A DNA stretch of 64,000 nt from the human T2T-CHM13v2.0 reference genome, Homo sapiens (GCF_009914755.1 NC_060942.1), one strand, 5' to 3'; shown: positions 1 to 19,740, counted from the first letter of the stretch. Numbers and translations are program-made. The notes: a model not told the origin generated them from the letters alone.

Positions 1-155
1 ATAGTTACTTTCTCTCCTTTTGTTTCCTATCCATTCCACCTTCCCCATAGAATTTTATCCTGATATATTTTTTATGCTTGGAGGGTTTTTACTAATCACC
101 TTTTCACATTCGAATATGCACATGTTGAAAAATATGCACCTATTTGAAATCTTTA

Positions 156-464
<309 letters not shown>

Positions 465-2344
465 CAAAATCTTAATTTTTAAATATTTACTTTGACTGAG
501 GGTTAAAAACATTTCTTCTGGACCAAGTTGTCACTGCATTTATTATTACACAATTGGTCACAAATGAATATATCCTATTTTGCTATATTATAATCATAAA
601 AGTAAAAACTTCTGACCTCCATAATGAGTGGGATTGTTTTTCCAATTCATATATTTGTGGCTAAATATTACTTCTTGCTAAAATGCAACAGCATTCAACA
701 TCAATTCTGTTTCTACTTTTTGTTTTTATGTATGTAAGTGCTGAGAAATTTGTTCATATAAATAACTGAATGGCAAAGGAAACACTTTGGTTATAGGTGT
801 GTCCCTCAATTTCTTTCAGTACCTTCTGATTTATGTGGCCAAGCTCACCTACTGATGTGATATCAGAAGTTATTTTTAACGCTCTATCAGTTGAGAATTC
901 AATTGTGTCCTTCAATTTTGTTGAAAGTAAAGAAATAGAATTCCTTTTGAGTTGAAAAAGTATTTCTTAGAGTAATTTGCTTTCCTGACTTCTAGGAAGT
1001 ATAACAAAAGCGTTTTTTTCCACGACTTAACAAATGATTATTTATGCCTATTACTCATTCCCTTAGAGGCACCTGGTTTTAACCCAAAATACTTGGACAG
1101 GGTTGGGAGAATTAAAATATTATCCATTTCAATTCATATCAAGGAAAATGTCCATCACAGAGTCTAACTGACACATTCGGTCTTTATTATCAAATGCATT
1201 GACTAAACCAGATGTGCTTTCTCTTACAAAAAGTCTGACTTGATTTTTTAATGGTTAAAATGGATCTCCCTATCACAGCCAACTCCCTCTGAATTCTGAT
1301 TCTAAAATAGAAGAGGCCCAGAGCCTTTCCTTTAGGTTTTCACCAGCATGTCACATCAGGGATTCTATTAGACTTTCTCTCTGCCTTGTACCTTTGGAAA
1401 TGGGTTCATTTTTGGACAAAATAGGTTGAGGATAGAGGGGAAACGGTAGATGAATGGAAATTTCACTCCTGTCCCACCCTGCATGATTTCAATTCAGAAC
1501 AAGTCAGCCTGATCGCAGCTGCCCCATTTCTATCATCCTGCTTTTGCCCTTAATAGAGCGGGAAAGGTGGGAACTGTGCTGGGAGGCGCAGGAACTCTGC
1601 CATCCCCAATGTCCACTTGTCACCTCGTTCAGCATCTCAGAGGTTTGGCAGCATAGCAGCAAACTATGGGGTGGGTAAAAAGTATATCTTTTGTGAAATG
1701 GGAAAAGTGTGATTATGAAAGGGAGCAAGGAAAGGAGCCTGCAGGATGCTTCTGGCAGGTCAGTGTTACTAAGAGTCATATGGAAGTCAAGCTATGGAAA
1801 TTAACACCCTTAACCCTTTGTATGCCTGTTAGCCCCCGTCTCTTCGATTTTGAGGGCTTCTCACAACTCTAGATTGTGCTTCTCTTTTAAAAAGCTGTTC
1901 AAATTAATGTGAGTTATTAGATGTCAACTGGGCTCTTCTTAATAAAGATTCAAGGCAAATCAAATTGCTAGGTGAAGGAGCGGGTACCCTACCTAGCCAG
2001 CCAAATTGCAGAAATCAACAGTATACTTCATACTTGACTCTGGACAAAGAAAATTTATTTCCTTTTTTTAGTGTTTTATTCACGAAAGTAAATCACAGAA
2101 GTGCTACTAATTTCAGGAGTAATTTGTGGTTTGGGCACCAGCCAGTTGCCTGATTATGATATCACATAGTAGCCAATGTTCTTCTTGGGACTTACCGAAG
2201 AATCATCATGTGTGGATTGCAGTAGAGGGAATAGGCATAGGAAACCTGAGACATTTATTTTGACAGTGTAGTTTTTGAAGAATATGAGAGTCAAGTCAGT
2301 TCACTAACCAGGATCAGCTCCTACTTTCAACACTGTCCATTAAG

Positions 2345-2540
2345 GAAGGGGTCTAAGATCCATTGTGCCACTGTGTTTATCAGTAAAGTTTTATTGGAAC
2401 ACACCCTCGTGCATTGCTTTTAATGTATTGTTGGACTGCTTTCATGCTATGAGTAGCTGCAGCAGAGACCATAGGCCTGCAAAGCCTAAGATATTTACTC
2501 TATGACCCTTTATAGAAAATGTTTGATACCAACCCTTGGT
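2345..2540. mobile_element. MER58-like hAT-Charlie DNA transposon fragment
   Basis: taaagttttattggaacac...gcctgcaaagcctaagatatttact...ccctttatagaaaatgtttg resembles MER58. Confidence 0.7.
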
Positions 2541-3071
2541 TGCAGGGAAAGAGACCTGTAGGGTTCTTCCTCGTCTTCTTTTTTTAACTGAGAAAACTTT
2601 GTTGACACTCTGATATTTGGACTGAGGAGATTAAGCTCATCAGAAGAGGTCAGGACAGTGACCTTCAAAGCAGTAATGTGTCTGCCATTCCCTGCAGACA
2701 GAGGCTGGGCTAGCTGGCAGGTGCATGGGGGAAAACAAGAGACAGATAGCAGGAGCAGTCAACATCGGCTCCCAGACTAGGAAACAAAGTGTCGGTGACC
2801 AGGGGAGTGGCTCAGAACAACAAAGGGTCATGACCAGAGCTAGCCTGACCTGGACATCACATACCAGTGTTAGTGGCCTGACATCAAGTCAGTTACCTTT
2901 CTGAGCGTGGTTCCATAACTCACTGCTGGGGTCAGAACTGCTCTGTGGGCCCAAGCCTGTGGGAGCTGAAGAAGTTAGACACAGGGGTGGGCACAGGGGT
3001 GGGAGGTGAGGGCAGAGAGGGGCAGCGCCTCACCTCCAGTCCTCTGGAGTCCCAGCCTGGATGATCTCTAA

Positions 3072-3224
<153 letters not shown>

Positions 3225-3987
3225 TAAGTAACAACAAAGGAGTCAGAAGAGATGGTTGGTTTTTAAACAACTCAACCTCCACTGTCTCGTCTGGGTTGAA
3301 AACGGACGGATTCTGTTGGGTTAGGCTTCCTCTTGAAGCCACGTTCAAAATGGAAAAAGTCTGTCAATTCAGCCTGGGGAAAATAAACCAGTCAAACTAA
3401 TTCTTCAGCCCTATGTGTGACAGGAACTTCGTGTGACTTTTTAGATTTGGTAATCTGTGACTTACGGTTGCAGCTTTTTCTAACCTTGTTTGGTTGAAAA
3501 TGATTTATAACATTTATTCAGTGGTCACGCCTACTTCTCCCGATTTCCCAACATCACTGATTTATTCATCCAGTTATTTGTGTGTGTGTGTACATATAGA
3601 AGCCTCCTGTTTATATAAATGTTTGCATGCTGTCAACATCGTGGGGTTTTTTTTCACATATTATATCCTGAAGCTTTTTCTATATTAGTTCACCAGTTCA
3701 TGATTTTCTTGGCTTTTCACAGCTGCATAGTATTTCATTGTAGAGATGTACTGTAAGTTATGTAATAAGTTCTTTATTGATAGTCATTTAGGTTGTTCCC
3801 AGTCTTTTACAGTAATACATAATTTTTTAATGAAGAATCTCATATATATATGATTTCTCACGTATGTGAGTAAATCTATAGTGGAATTCATGGGTCCTTT
3901 CATTGCATGTTTGTTGTTGCATACCAATAATCAACATAATGATTCTTTCAGTTCCCTGTATATTTCTTATTAAATGTTTATTTTCTG

Positions 3988-4140
3988 CTGGGCATGGTGG
4001 CACGTGCCTGTAATCCCAGCTACTCAGGAGTCAGAGGCAGGAGGTTTGCTTGAGCCCAGGAGTTTGAGAACAGCCTGGGCAACATAGCAAGACCCCATCT
4101 CACATTTTTAAACAATGAAAATTAAATTAAAATACATAAA
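3988..4140 (+). mobile_element. Alu monomer (FLAM/FRAM-like) with perfect 17-bp TSD
   Basis: single Alu arm flanked by TAAATGTTTATTTTCTG at 3971-3987 and 4141-4157. Confidence 0.88.
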
Positions 4141-4266
4141 TAAATGTTTATTTTCTGATTCACTTATCCAAATTTTATGTTCAAGAGGATTTTCTGTGTT
4201 TTTCAAAAAGAGCAATCAGCAAAAGTATGTCACTTAACCATGTAATTGAAGCTATTGGAATATGCA

Positions 4267-4561
4267 TTTTTTTTTTCTTGAGACATGATCTCGCTCTGTT
4301 GCCCAGGCCAAAGTGCAGTGGTACAAACACGGCTCACTGCAGCTTCAACCTCCTGGGCTCAAGCAATCCTCCTGCCTTTGCCTCCACAGTAGCTGAGACC
4401 ACAGGCACGTACACCGCACCCAGCTGATTTTTAAATTTTTTGTAGAGACAGGGTTTCACCATGTTGCCCAGGCTAGTCTCTAATTCCTGGGCTCAAGCAA
4501 TCTTCTTGCCTCAGCCTCCCAAAGTGCTAGGATGACAGGCCTGAGCCACCCAGGCACGGCC
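4267..4561 (-). mobile_element. Alu (J-type)
   Basis: antisense Alu dimer with J-like ctcctgggctcaagcaatcc. Confidence 0.9.
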
Positions 4562-4603
4562 AGAATATTCTTTCCTGAACACTCTGCTCTGCTCCTTTGC
4601 TGA

Positions 4604-5110
<507 letters not shown>

Positions 5111-5316
5111 TGATAATTTTCTACACTGGATTGGGGGTAACTAATAATGTTTTGATATACATAAAAAGAAAATAGAGCTGCAAACATAAATTAAAATGCT
5201 CAGACATGGTGGGATGATGGTGGTCACAAGTGAGGGTGTCTATGAGGAGATTTTAGTCATCTTCCCAAATTGTTAGGATCTAGCTATCATTATCTATGGA
5301 ACATGTTGTAGATTAG

Positions 5317-5628
<312 letters not shown>

Positions 5629-6359
5629 ACATTAAATTAATCTTAAGTAGAGTTTCAGATTGCCAGAAAGTTGATGGTGGAGGCTGGTTACTTGGTGAGC
5701 AGGACAGTGTGGAGGTGTGGGTCCAGATATCGGAAGAGATTGCTTCAGTGGCAAGGAGACCTTTCAGATGAGGAAAAAGAACAATAGGCCACAGAATAAC
5801 CGGGTTAACAAGCTTTGACCAAGAAATCAGGGGTTTGGCCTTGATGTTTTGGGAAACAGGAAGACATTAAAGCATTCTGGATGTGGAGTTACACAATCAG
5901 AGCAAACTTTTTTAAAGACCATTTGGCAGATAACATTAAATATAACTGAAGGAATAAAAAGTTATTTTAAAAAAGAGGAGAGGAAAAGTAGGAGTCCAGG
6001 AAACCAGGTCATGTAAATCAAGAGTTTTGAACAAGGATTCTAGCAATGAAGTGATCAGGGAGGGATGAAGAGAACAGTTGGGTCCACGTGGTGTCGGGGA
6101 TGAAAACTACAGAAATATTTCACAGGATGGCTGTGGTTCTGTTCTCATGACCAGCAAACCCCTGGTGCCCTGTTGCTATTAGGAAAGAGATAGAAGAAGC
6201 TCCTTTTGTCTGCAGGGGTCATTTTTCTGGGGATACTGAAGGGTTCTGGAGGTTAGCCAAAATGAGACTGGGTGATGTGGTGAGCATGATGAGAGCTGTT
6301 CTAAGGTAGAAACACCGTAATGGCCCTGGCTGCTCTCCCGTAGAGTGAAACCGGACTGA

Positions 6360-6710
<351 letters not shown>

Positions 6711-7091
6711 TAAAAGATAGATTTCTAGGTAAATGCTTTGGAAGTTGAGTAGATTGTCTACTTGCTGCCTATGGTGATCTGCTTAAACTAAAGCAAAACA
6801 CGTTTTATCATTCTCTGGCAAAAAGAAACAAAACTCCAAAAACTTGAAAAAGCCAATATCCTGCCTAGTTGTATATAAGGGAACAGGAATACGCTGGCGT
6901 TCAGGAAACGGATGACTTGTAAGCTCTGTATTTGAGTTGTGTAGACTCTGCAGCATCACATATATGGGAGCTTGCATTTATCCTAGAATACATCAATTTT
7001 TAATGCATGCTTTTAAAATATACATAAAATATTTAGATGACCGGTAGGGGGGAATTTCTGACTGGAGTGTTACTTTGAAATAAGAACCTTC

Positions 7092-7394
<303 letters not shown>

Positions 7395-7607
7395 GAACCT
7401 TCGATTATGAAAATAAGTTATATTGAATAAAATTTGGGTGCTTATTCTTAGAATAGACGGTCAAGTCTTATCCTGTTTCTTGGGAATAATTTTCCCACAC
7501 AGATTTGTTAGTGTCTTTAAACATCACGTCATGTTTAACTTGTAGACTACAAAGCTAAAAATGTGTAATTTTTACGAAAGGATTCAAGGCATCATTAGAT
7601 TTCCTAA

Positions 7608-8069
<462 letters not shown>

Positions 8070-8235
8070 TGATCAGTTTTCCCACGTCACACTCTTGGAC
8101 TTCAAGAGACCCTGCATATCTAGCTACTTCTCTAACCATTACATTGCCAAATGAAACACTAGACAATCAGAAGATTAATTAAAGAGGAAAGATGGGGATT
8201 GCAGATGCCAGTGTTAAGCAGTGAGCAATGTTTGA

Positions 8236-8548
<313 letters not shown>

Positions 8549-8804
8549 AAGTGGTGACCATTTCTTAAAGAGTCTGTTCATTGTTGAATGCCTTTATTTA
8601 GTGCAGCTTCACCTCCTTAACAACATCATTACTAGGGATTTGGATAATGCATGTTCAGATGATGAAGGTCGCTTGTAGGCACGTTTATGTGAGATAAACA
8701 GACTTCCTGATGTTTTGTTCTTTAGGTTTTTCTTTTTGATACTATTTTACTGCCATATGGGCCTACCATTTAGTGAACTGGATGTCATGACTGTTAGCTC
8801 TTTA

Positions 8805-9405
8805 TCCTTTCATCCATACATGTTTATTGATCATCAGGGACTGGACTGACACTGGGGTCTCAATATCGAGCAACACAGACACAGCCAGTGCCCTCCTGGA
8901 GGAAGCATCTTAGTGGGCAGGGTAGGCGTTAAGCCCACAGAGGGAAGCTGAGTATGCAAGAGAAGGTGCTGAGCACCAAGTGGCAGATGACAGAAGGTCA
9001 GCCCATCCCTGGGGCCAGCCAGGGTCTCCCAGAGGAGGAAATGGGTGAGTTAAGATCTGAAAGACAAGTCAGAATTCACTAGACAAGGGGCATCAGGAGA
9101 ACCACAGGCATTCTATCGTGAGAGAGCTGCATGATGAGGGGAGCACAGTGCATTAGCGGGCTGGAAGGAGCTAATGGCACCGTAGCAGAAAGCCAGGGAC
9201 CAAGTGGAAGATGAGGCTGGAGAGGAGGGCATGGCGAGACCATGTAGCGGCTGCTGAAGGAGTTTGCTCCTTGTCCTTAGCAAAGGGGACCAAGGGCGGC
9301 CCTCTGGCTTTAGAGTAGCAAACAAATGTGTGGTACAGTGAGAGTAGATGCAGGCGCACCAGTTAGGAAGCTGTTTGCAGTTGTCCAGAGGAGAGGTGAT
9401 CATGG
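8805..9405 (-). mobile_element. L2 LINE fragment (ancient)
   Basis: ttcatccatacatgtttattga...cagttaggaagctgtttgcagttgtccagag resembles the reverse complement of an L2 3' end. Confidence 0.55.
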
Positions 9406-9829
9406 CAGGTCTGCATGTTTATCAGCTCCGTGGACAGGTATTATTTTTTAGTGCCATTTGTGATTGTCTAGACTGATTCCTCCAAGGAAACAGCTGCAAC
9501 TGTCCTTTTCTCTTTTGGTGGGGGGTAGGGAGGGTGTGGTTTACCTTGATATGTAATTGCAAAATAAGAGAAAAGAAGCAAGAATAATGATGATAATAGC
9601 AATAGCTGACACATATTAAATATTTAATATGTGCTGACATGACTATATATATTTTGCGTGTACTACGTACATCTTCACAACAGCACCATGAGGTGGGCAC
9701 TATTATTTCCCCTATTTTGTGATGAGACTGCTTAGCACCCTCCCTGGCACGCTTAAGTGCTCATTAGCTGTTACACTGAACTGTGATGATCTTCCCATGG
9801 AGAACCTGACAACTCCTAACTTTAGTCGG

Positions 9830-10143
9830 TTTTGTTTTTTATTGTTGTTGCTTTTTGAGACAGGGTCTCACTTTGTCACCCAGGCAGGACTGCAGTGGCA
9901 CAAGCGTGGCTCACTGCAGCCTCGACCTCCCTCCCGGGCTCAAACAATCCTCCCACCTCAGCCCCCCAAGTAGCTGGGACCACAGGCATGCACCACCATG
10001 CCCGGCTAATTTTTGTATTTTTTTATAGAGGTGGGGTTTCACCATGTTGCCCAAGCTGGTCTCAAACTCCTGAGCTGAAGCGGTCCGCCCACCTCAGCCT
10101 CCCAAAGTGCTGGGATTACAGGTGTGAGCCACCGGGTCCAGCC
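9830..10143 (-). mobile_element. Alu (J-type)
   Basis: antisense Alu dimer. Confidence 0.9.
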
Positions 10144-10523
10144 CTAACTTTAGTCTTTATAGTGAACCCAACATTAAATGTTCATTAGAAGTGGGATAAA
10201 ATTGTATCTTTGCATAATATAAATTCATAGATTTCTTAAAATTCATAAAATTTAACCTTTTAGGTTTCATCACTTCTGTAAGAGTGGGTGGAGATGTACT
10301 TTTTTGAACATATTCTTCTTTCTTCTGAGAAGCAGCCAGATATAGTGGAAAAGGTCTTGGGGCCCGCTGGTCTCAGTGGGTCTGACACCTAGCTTGCTGT
10401 GTTTGCCTCACTTTTATAGTACATTCAACCTAGTTCACTGGAAAAACCAGTCTCCTAGACATGTTTTCTTTGTTCTTCTATGATGTCTAACTTAGTCCCT
10501 CATAGCCAAAGAAAACTTGTTAA

Positions 10524-11060
<537 letters not shown>

Positions 11061-11124
11061 TGAAAGACTTGCGGTGGACTCTGTTGAAAGATAATATTGA
11101 ACTGACCTAGTGGTCATAATACTG

Positions 11125-11540
11125 AGCCTGATAGAGAAATAAAAATCTAGAATGATTGCACTTATATGTGTAGTGTTCCCCAAAAGTCAAATATACAGAG
11201 ATATAGAATAAAACAATGGTTAGCAGGGACAGGGGGAAAGAAAATGGGGAGATGTGGGTCAGAGGATACAAAGTAGCAGATGTGCAGGATGAAGAAAGTT
11301 GTCCAGGAATCTAATGTACAGATGGGGACTGTAGTTAATCATGTTGTATCATATTCAAGATTTTTGCTAAATTTGTAGATTTTAGCGGATCTTGCCACAC
11401 ACACATAAAAATGGGTAACTAAGTGAGATGATGGGTATGTTAATTTGCTTCACTATAGTAACCATTTTACTATCTATATTTGTCCTATAACATGTTGTAT
11501 ACCTTAAATATACATAATAACCTTTATTTAAAAGAAAAGA
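11125..11540 (+). mobile_element. L1MA-type 3' end
   Basis: gtcagaggatacaaagtagcag...gatgatgggtatgttaatttgcttcactatagtaaccattttact...A-rich end. Confidence 0.75.
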
Positions 11541-11555
11541 AGTGGGAAATAATAA

Positions 11556-11648
<93 letters not shown>

Positions 11649-11699
11649 TGAACAGTTGTTGGTGCCTCTGTTAAGTACATTCAACAGTTAGGCTGGTAG

Positions 11700-12068
<369 letters not shown>

Positions 12069-12573
12069 TGATCAAACCTCAAATTCCAGGATGGATCCCT
12101 GCAGAGCAGCTCAAAGCCCAAGTCCAGGCTCATTCTAGATGCCTGTTTTCTTTGTCTTTGTTTCCACTTCTGTCATCTCTGTGTTCATGTCATTTTTTTT
12201 AGTACCAATCTTGATTGTCTGGTACAGATTCCTAAGAAGGATGAACTGCAACTTTCCTTGACTCTGTAGTTATTCTGGTAACATTTTATGTTGACACAAT
12301 TCAAAATTATAGGAAAGTAGTGAGAAAAGGACAAAGACCTTCCATATACCCTAGACATAGGCCCACCAGTTGTTTCTATTTTCTCTCATTGCTTTGTGAT
12401 TTGCTTACTCTCTGTATGTGTGTATATGAACACAGGTATGTTTTCTTCTTGAATCATTTTACAGTGAATGGCAGACTGTGTGTCCCATATCCTTAAATAT
12501 TTCAGTGTGTATTTAAGAACAAAGACATTCTCATATATAACCATAGTACATGTATCGGAATCAAGAAATTTAA

Positions 12574-12990
<417 letters not shown>

Positions 12991-13548
12991 TAAAATGTAT
13001 ACATTTGAAAGCATAAGCTCAAACTGATTTCTCTAATTCCAGGCCAACTCAACATGATTCATTCTGGTCTTTCCCTTTCCCATATTTGAATCTTTCTTTC
13101 CCCAGCTGTATGAAACCTGGCTCCTATTATTCTCAGTATATTTCCTCATTTGCTCAATTCTAGAATACATAGAACGTAGTTTCAGAATTACTAGAGCATA
13201 CCACAGTGATACACAGAGCTGCTTACTCGAGTTCAATATTTGTTTACAGTTGTTTTGGGGTTTTGTATTTAGATTGAGAATATGTAGTCAGAATACTGTG
13301 TTCAAAAGTCATTTGGGTTAGCTCCTCTCCTTGCTCAGATGTGAACATGCTTTTCATCTGAGATGCAGCTACATTCATTTGTTTCTAGTTGTATTCCATT
13401 CTAGAGTTCTCCTGCACTCGGTAATTTGAAATAACACAAAGTTCCATAGTCAGTTTTCCATCTGTACTTGTTATGGTGGAAATAATCAGTGTAAACACTG
13501 TTTTCAGCAATGTTTAGCTAAACTTGTCCTAATAACTCTAGGTATTAA

Positions 13549-14367
<819 letters not shown>

Positions 14368-15645
14368 TGACTTCCCAGTCTCTCACTTCTGAGCAGAAGG
14401 GCCAGTTCTTGGTACAGGGTTTGGGGGCAGGTATTACCATTTAGGAAGGAGGAAGCTAATGGGAAAACCTCAGCTTGTGCTTTTTCTCTTAATAAGCATT
14501 TTTACAGGATGGCTTTGGATTCAGTCCACGTGTTTGGTTATACACTGCGCCCAGCGCTGTGTGGCTTCATCGTTTACCACTGGGGCAGTTTCTGCATCCA
14601 TGCATATCCCATACCCTTTTGCATTCAGGCTTTTCATGATAGGATTAGACCTCAAGCCCCAGCACTGACCCCGGAAAGACAAAGTCAACATCGGCGTCAG
14701 GACTGGCTGAGCCAAGGCATTCCCTCAGATTTCTGCTTTTTGGTTTTTGTTTTCAAAGCACCTTAGGCCTCTTAAATCTCCCCCAAGAAAGCACTTATAA
14801 GTTTTAGGAGGACACACAAAATTGTTTAGTTAATCCTTAATTAATTAATATTTATTGTGAATAATGTGTTGATTCTATACCAAATGAATGATACAGTAAA
14901 ACTGTCTTTTAAAAAGTTTCATGAGAAAGGCCCCTTTTATAACCACAACGTATCATATATTTATGGAACCAGGCAGATAATTTTAACAATTTAACATCAT
15001 TATAAAGATGTATCACTGCAACACTGCCTGAGCATGAACAACCCACCGATTATAATATTATAACTTTTTCCCATGAGGGTAAAACACCATCTGTTTTATT
15101 ACATAGTTACAAAGGACTTTGCAGCTGATAGTGAGGGCTCTGGCTCTGAGAATTAACTGTCATTTGAAGGGTCAGGGATCTCTTTGAGAATCTTCCGAAA
15201 GCTACAGACACTCCCTCCAGAAAAACGAATATATGGATATATACTATTTAAGGGGCTTCACAGAATCCTCCAACTCATATTTTTAAAAGGCCCATTCATA
15301 GGCCGCCCCTCTCCAGAGATGCTTTTTCTTCTCTGCTTCTTTATTTAGACTGCAAGTGGTGCTAGCAGCCGGTCTTCGAATTGTTTTATAAATCTGAGGT
15401 AGCTAGATCTGTGCCTTAAACACAGAGACTGTTTTGCCTCGTGGTAATGATGGTTCCTGGCTTTAATCTGTTCCTCAAGCTTGTGGTTTTGCTGCAGCTA
15501 CATAGATTTACTGATGTATAAATTCAGTAATAGCAGTTCTCAGTCAAACAGAAAGGAGGAGATATGTTTGGGGATATTTTTCAAAGAACTGGTATGTTTT
15601 CTTCTCAGAAGATCTCAGAATTGTTCTTATTTTTTAAGATTGTAA

Positions 15646-16090
<445 letters not shown>

Positions 16091-17389
16091 TGACGTTCTG
16101 TCTCTGGCAGCAGCCAGGTCCTGGCCACACTGTCAGGGGCAGACCGGTTTTTCAGTGGGTGACACCAGGAAGATGATGTTGCCTCTGTGTGAAAATCAGC
16201 AGCAGTTCTTGGAAGAACAGTGTTGGCCAGATTTAAAGAGAGAGAGAGAGACACATGGATCTTTTAATGCCATAAAACAAAAAGCCCGATCTTTGCTCTC
16301 CTGTAAGAGTCAAAACCGTAGCCTAGTCTGTTTTTCATCATCTTTTATTTCTCTAGCACTAAACCATCTAGGGATGGAGAAAAGGAATAAAAAGTGTGTC
16401 ATCAACTAAGTGGTGTTAATTTGCAAAAAGTTTACACTGCTTTTTCTGTCTTCGTCTGGTGCTTAGCCATGCAAAACATCCGTAGAGAGTCTGCCCGTGG
16501 TCGACGCCAGCAAGCGGGCCAAATTAATTTTCGCCTGAGGAGAGGCAGCAGCCAGATTGATTTTGGAGGCTGTGCTATTCTCTCCACAATTACTTCTCCA
16601 TGAACAGGCCTTATGGTTTCTGGTCAAAATAGTACTTTCTCATTCTTGCTTTTTCATGTAGTTTTTTAAAAAGTCACAATTTACGTTCTATAAAATGCGT
16701 GAAAGAGGCTGGAGCTTCGGTGAGCAGTCCTACAGAGGCCTTATCCCATGGTCCCCTCAAAGCCCCTGTGCTCTCAGGACTGTGCTGATGTGACATTTGT
16801 TTAAGGGTTTTTTGGATTTTTATATGAGAGGATTTTTTGTTTGTTTTTACTTACAATCACATCAAATAGTTTCTGGAGAAATGACAGTGACTGGGGACTT
16901 TTCCTTTAGGGAAGAGTATCTCCTGTCCCAGCATCTTTGTGAGGAGAATGATGATTTTTCAGACAGCTCCACAAGTGTAGACAACTTTAAAAATCATGAT
17001 ACCCAGTGCTGTTAAGGCTATGTTAGCCATGTTATAAGTCCTAAGAAGCAAGGAGAATGATTAGCAAAGATCAGTGAAGGGGGAAGCATACTTCTGGTTA
17101 TGTCTTAAATAACCATGCCTTAATTTAGGTCTGAAGTTACGCCTAATCCTGATGACGTGATGGTTGCCTTGGTTACAAGCCCTCTCACCTGGAGATTGGC
17201 GCATTCTCACTGTGCCCCTAGAGAGTTATTTCATGCGAAAGAAACCATAACTGCTTATGATTAATGTGTCTGTTGTTGGCTGGTGGCTTGGTTTTGGCTC
17301 CTGAAGCCACTCGTTAGTCTATCACTTCTGAGCTGGAGAAAGTTGGGGTGGTCTTTTTTTTTTTTTATCTTTTAAAAATCATTTTGCTT

Positions 17390-17740
17390 TTTAATTATTT
17401 CAACTTTTATCTTAGATTCAGGGTACATGTGCAGGTTTGTACCTGGGTATATTGTATGATGCTGAGTTTTGGGGTATGACTGATCTCGTCATCCAGGCAG
17501 TGAGCACAGTATCTTCAATCCTTGTTTCTCTCCCTCTCTCCCCTGCCTAGTTAGAAGTGCCCAGTGTCTATTGTTGCCTTCTTTATGTCCATGAATACCC
17601 AGTGTTTAGCTTCCACTTATAAGTGAGAACACGCAGTGTTTGGTTTTCTGTTTCTGTACTAATTTACATAGGATAATGGCCTCCAACTGCATCCATGTTG
17701 CTGCAGAGGACATGATTTCCTTCTTTTTCTATGGCTGCAA
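17390..17740 (-). mobile_element. L1PA (older primate subfamily) 3' end
   Basis: gggtacatgtgcaggtttgt...gcttccacttataagtgagaac...ggataatggcctccaactgcatccatgttgctgca. Confidence 0.85.
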
Positions 17741-18052
17741 ACAATTCTTGATGAACACAGAATACCTATTTGTTTTTCAATTAATTTATTGAAGGTCCAA
17801 TTTATTGAAGGTCCACTGAGCCACAGAGCCTTGAAAAAGCCTGAAAAACAAGTAGGGATTAATGCCAGGGAGTGGACCGTGTGAAAAGGTATCAATCATT
17901 TGAGAAATCCAGGCCTTCCACAGTCTGCCCCATCCCTGACCTGCGGCCTGTTGTTTGTAATGAATCTTGGGGTCTTTCTCACCAGCCTGGATAATCTCAC
18001 ACCCTATCAACACCCCAGCTCTAGGCAGCCACAACCAGTTAGTGGGAATCCT

Positions 18053-18356
18053 GGCTGGGTGCAGTGGCTCACGCCTATAATCCCAGCACTTTGGGAGGCT
18101 GAGGTGGGCGGATCACTTTAGGTCAGGAGTTCAAGACCATCCTGACCAACATGGGGAAACCCCATCTCTACTAAAAATAAAAAAAATTAGCTGGGCATGG
18201 TGGCATGCGCCTGGAATCCCAGCTACTTGAGAAGCTGAGGCAGGAGAATTGCTTGAGTCAGGGAGGTGGAGGTGATCTGAGATCTTGCCACTGCACTCCA
18301 GCCTGGGCGGCAGAGCAAGACTCTGTCTCAAAAAAAAAAAGAAAGAAAAGAAAAAA
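18053..18356 (+). mobile_element. Alu (S-type)
   Basis: sense Alu with poly-A. Confidence 0.92.
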
Positions 18357-19740
18357 GGGAATTCTCATAGCCTAATCTTTCTAGTATCTCAATATGTTAA
18401 GTGAATGGATGCTTATACACTCATTCATTCATCCATTCAGGAATAAATAGATGAACATGAGACCACTGTATCCTGTTTGTTCCCCCAAGTCACTCTCAGC
18501 CTCCTAGTTCTTTGGTCTGCTCTAGGGAGCTGGAGAAGGAGGGGGATGGAAGGGCCGGCACTGGCTGCCCTGGGCTCACCTAGTGTCCTGGGCAGAGGAG
18601 GCAGAAGTGACAGAGCACAGGTGAGCTGGTTCATCCTAGCATTATAGACTCTCCAAGGCCATCACCTGGGAGCCAGGAACACGGGACAGTGAAGACCTGC
18701 CTGACCCCTCATCCTCCTCTGTCCTCAGTCTCCGTCCCTGGTCCCACTCTCTCTTGAAATGACTGTTGTTGATCATCCATTTCCATTCTGAGAGTACAGA
18801 AGATTTTCCTATCCAAACTTACCTCCCCTCCTTTCTTCCCCTCCAGCAGCGGACAGCCTTCTATCTCTTTCTTCACACTCTTGTTAGAATGCCGTTCACC
18901 ACCTTGCATTTCACTTTCAGCTAAATCTCGTAAGGGCAGATACTGGTTCATTGGCCCTGAATCTTGAAGTTAATATAGATATTTCATAATTTGGTTATCT
19001 GGTGATAATATTCAGCTTTCATTGCTGTAAAACATCAATGCACTATTTCAAAATATACAAAAAATGTGGTCACTGTGTGTACTCTGCTTCATTTCGTCCT
19101 GTCTCCCTTCTTTCTGCACTGATAGGGCTCATTTTGGAAGGCTTTGGTCTGTAAGACTTTCTAAGTAATTTTCAAGCATGATTCAGAATGGAACTATTAA
19201 ATACTGTTTCCCTTCCCTTACCATCACATACCCAGTTTCTTCTAAATGCCTGAAACAGAACTTACATTTCCATAAAAAGGAAAATCACATGAGAAGCATA
19301 TGGGTTAAATATAAAATAAGTTTTTTAAAAAATTCCAAAAGAACCCAATGTAGCCTGGGTAGTTTGAGTGTATTTGTGTATATTTTTAGTTCTCTTCCTT
19401 GGAAGAAAATCTACATTACAATTTGGTGGTATTATTTGGCATAGTTCTTGTGATTTAATATTCATGTGTTAGGCATTTTAAACAACATAATAAGCTTTTG
19501 AGAAGAAAGGTATGCATTGTCTTGCTTAAAAATGTAAATTCTGTCAGGGATTGTGTTCTTAGAACTAAGTTTGTTCTTTCTGCCTGAGAAATGCAGATTC
19601 CACGGAGCCTGCTATGTCAAGCATGGACAAAGTAGAAGCATCATTCTGATTATGATGGGAAACATCACTGATTCATTGTTTCTGTTGACTTACTTGCTAT
19701 TTTTAACACTCTCAAGTTACCTGAACATTTTTCTGGTTAA

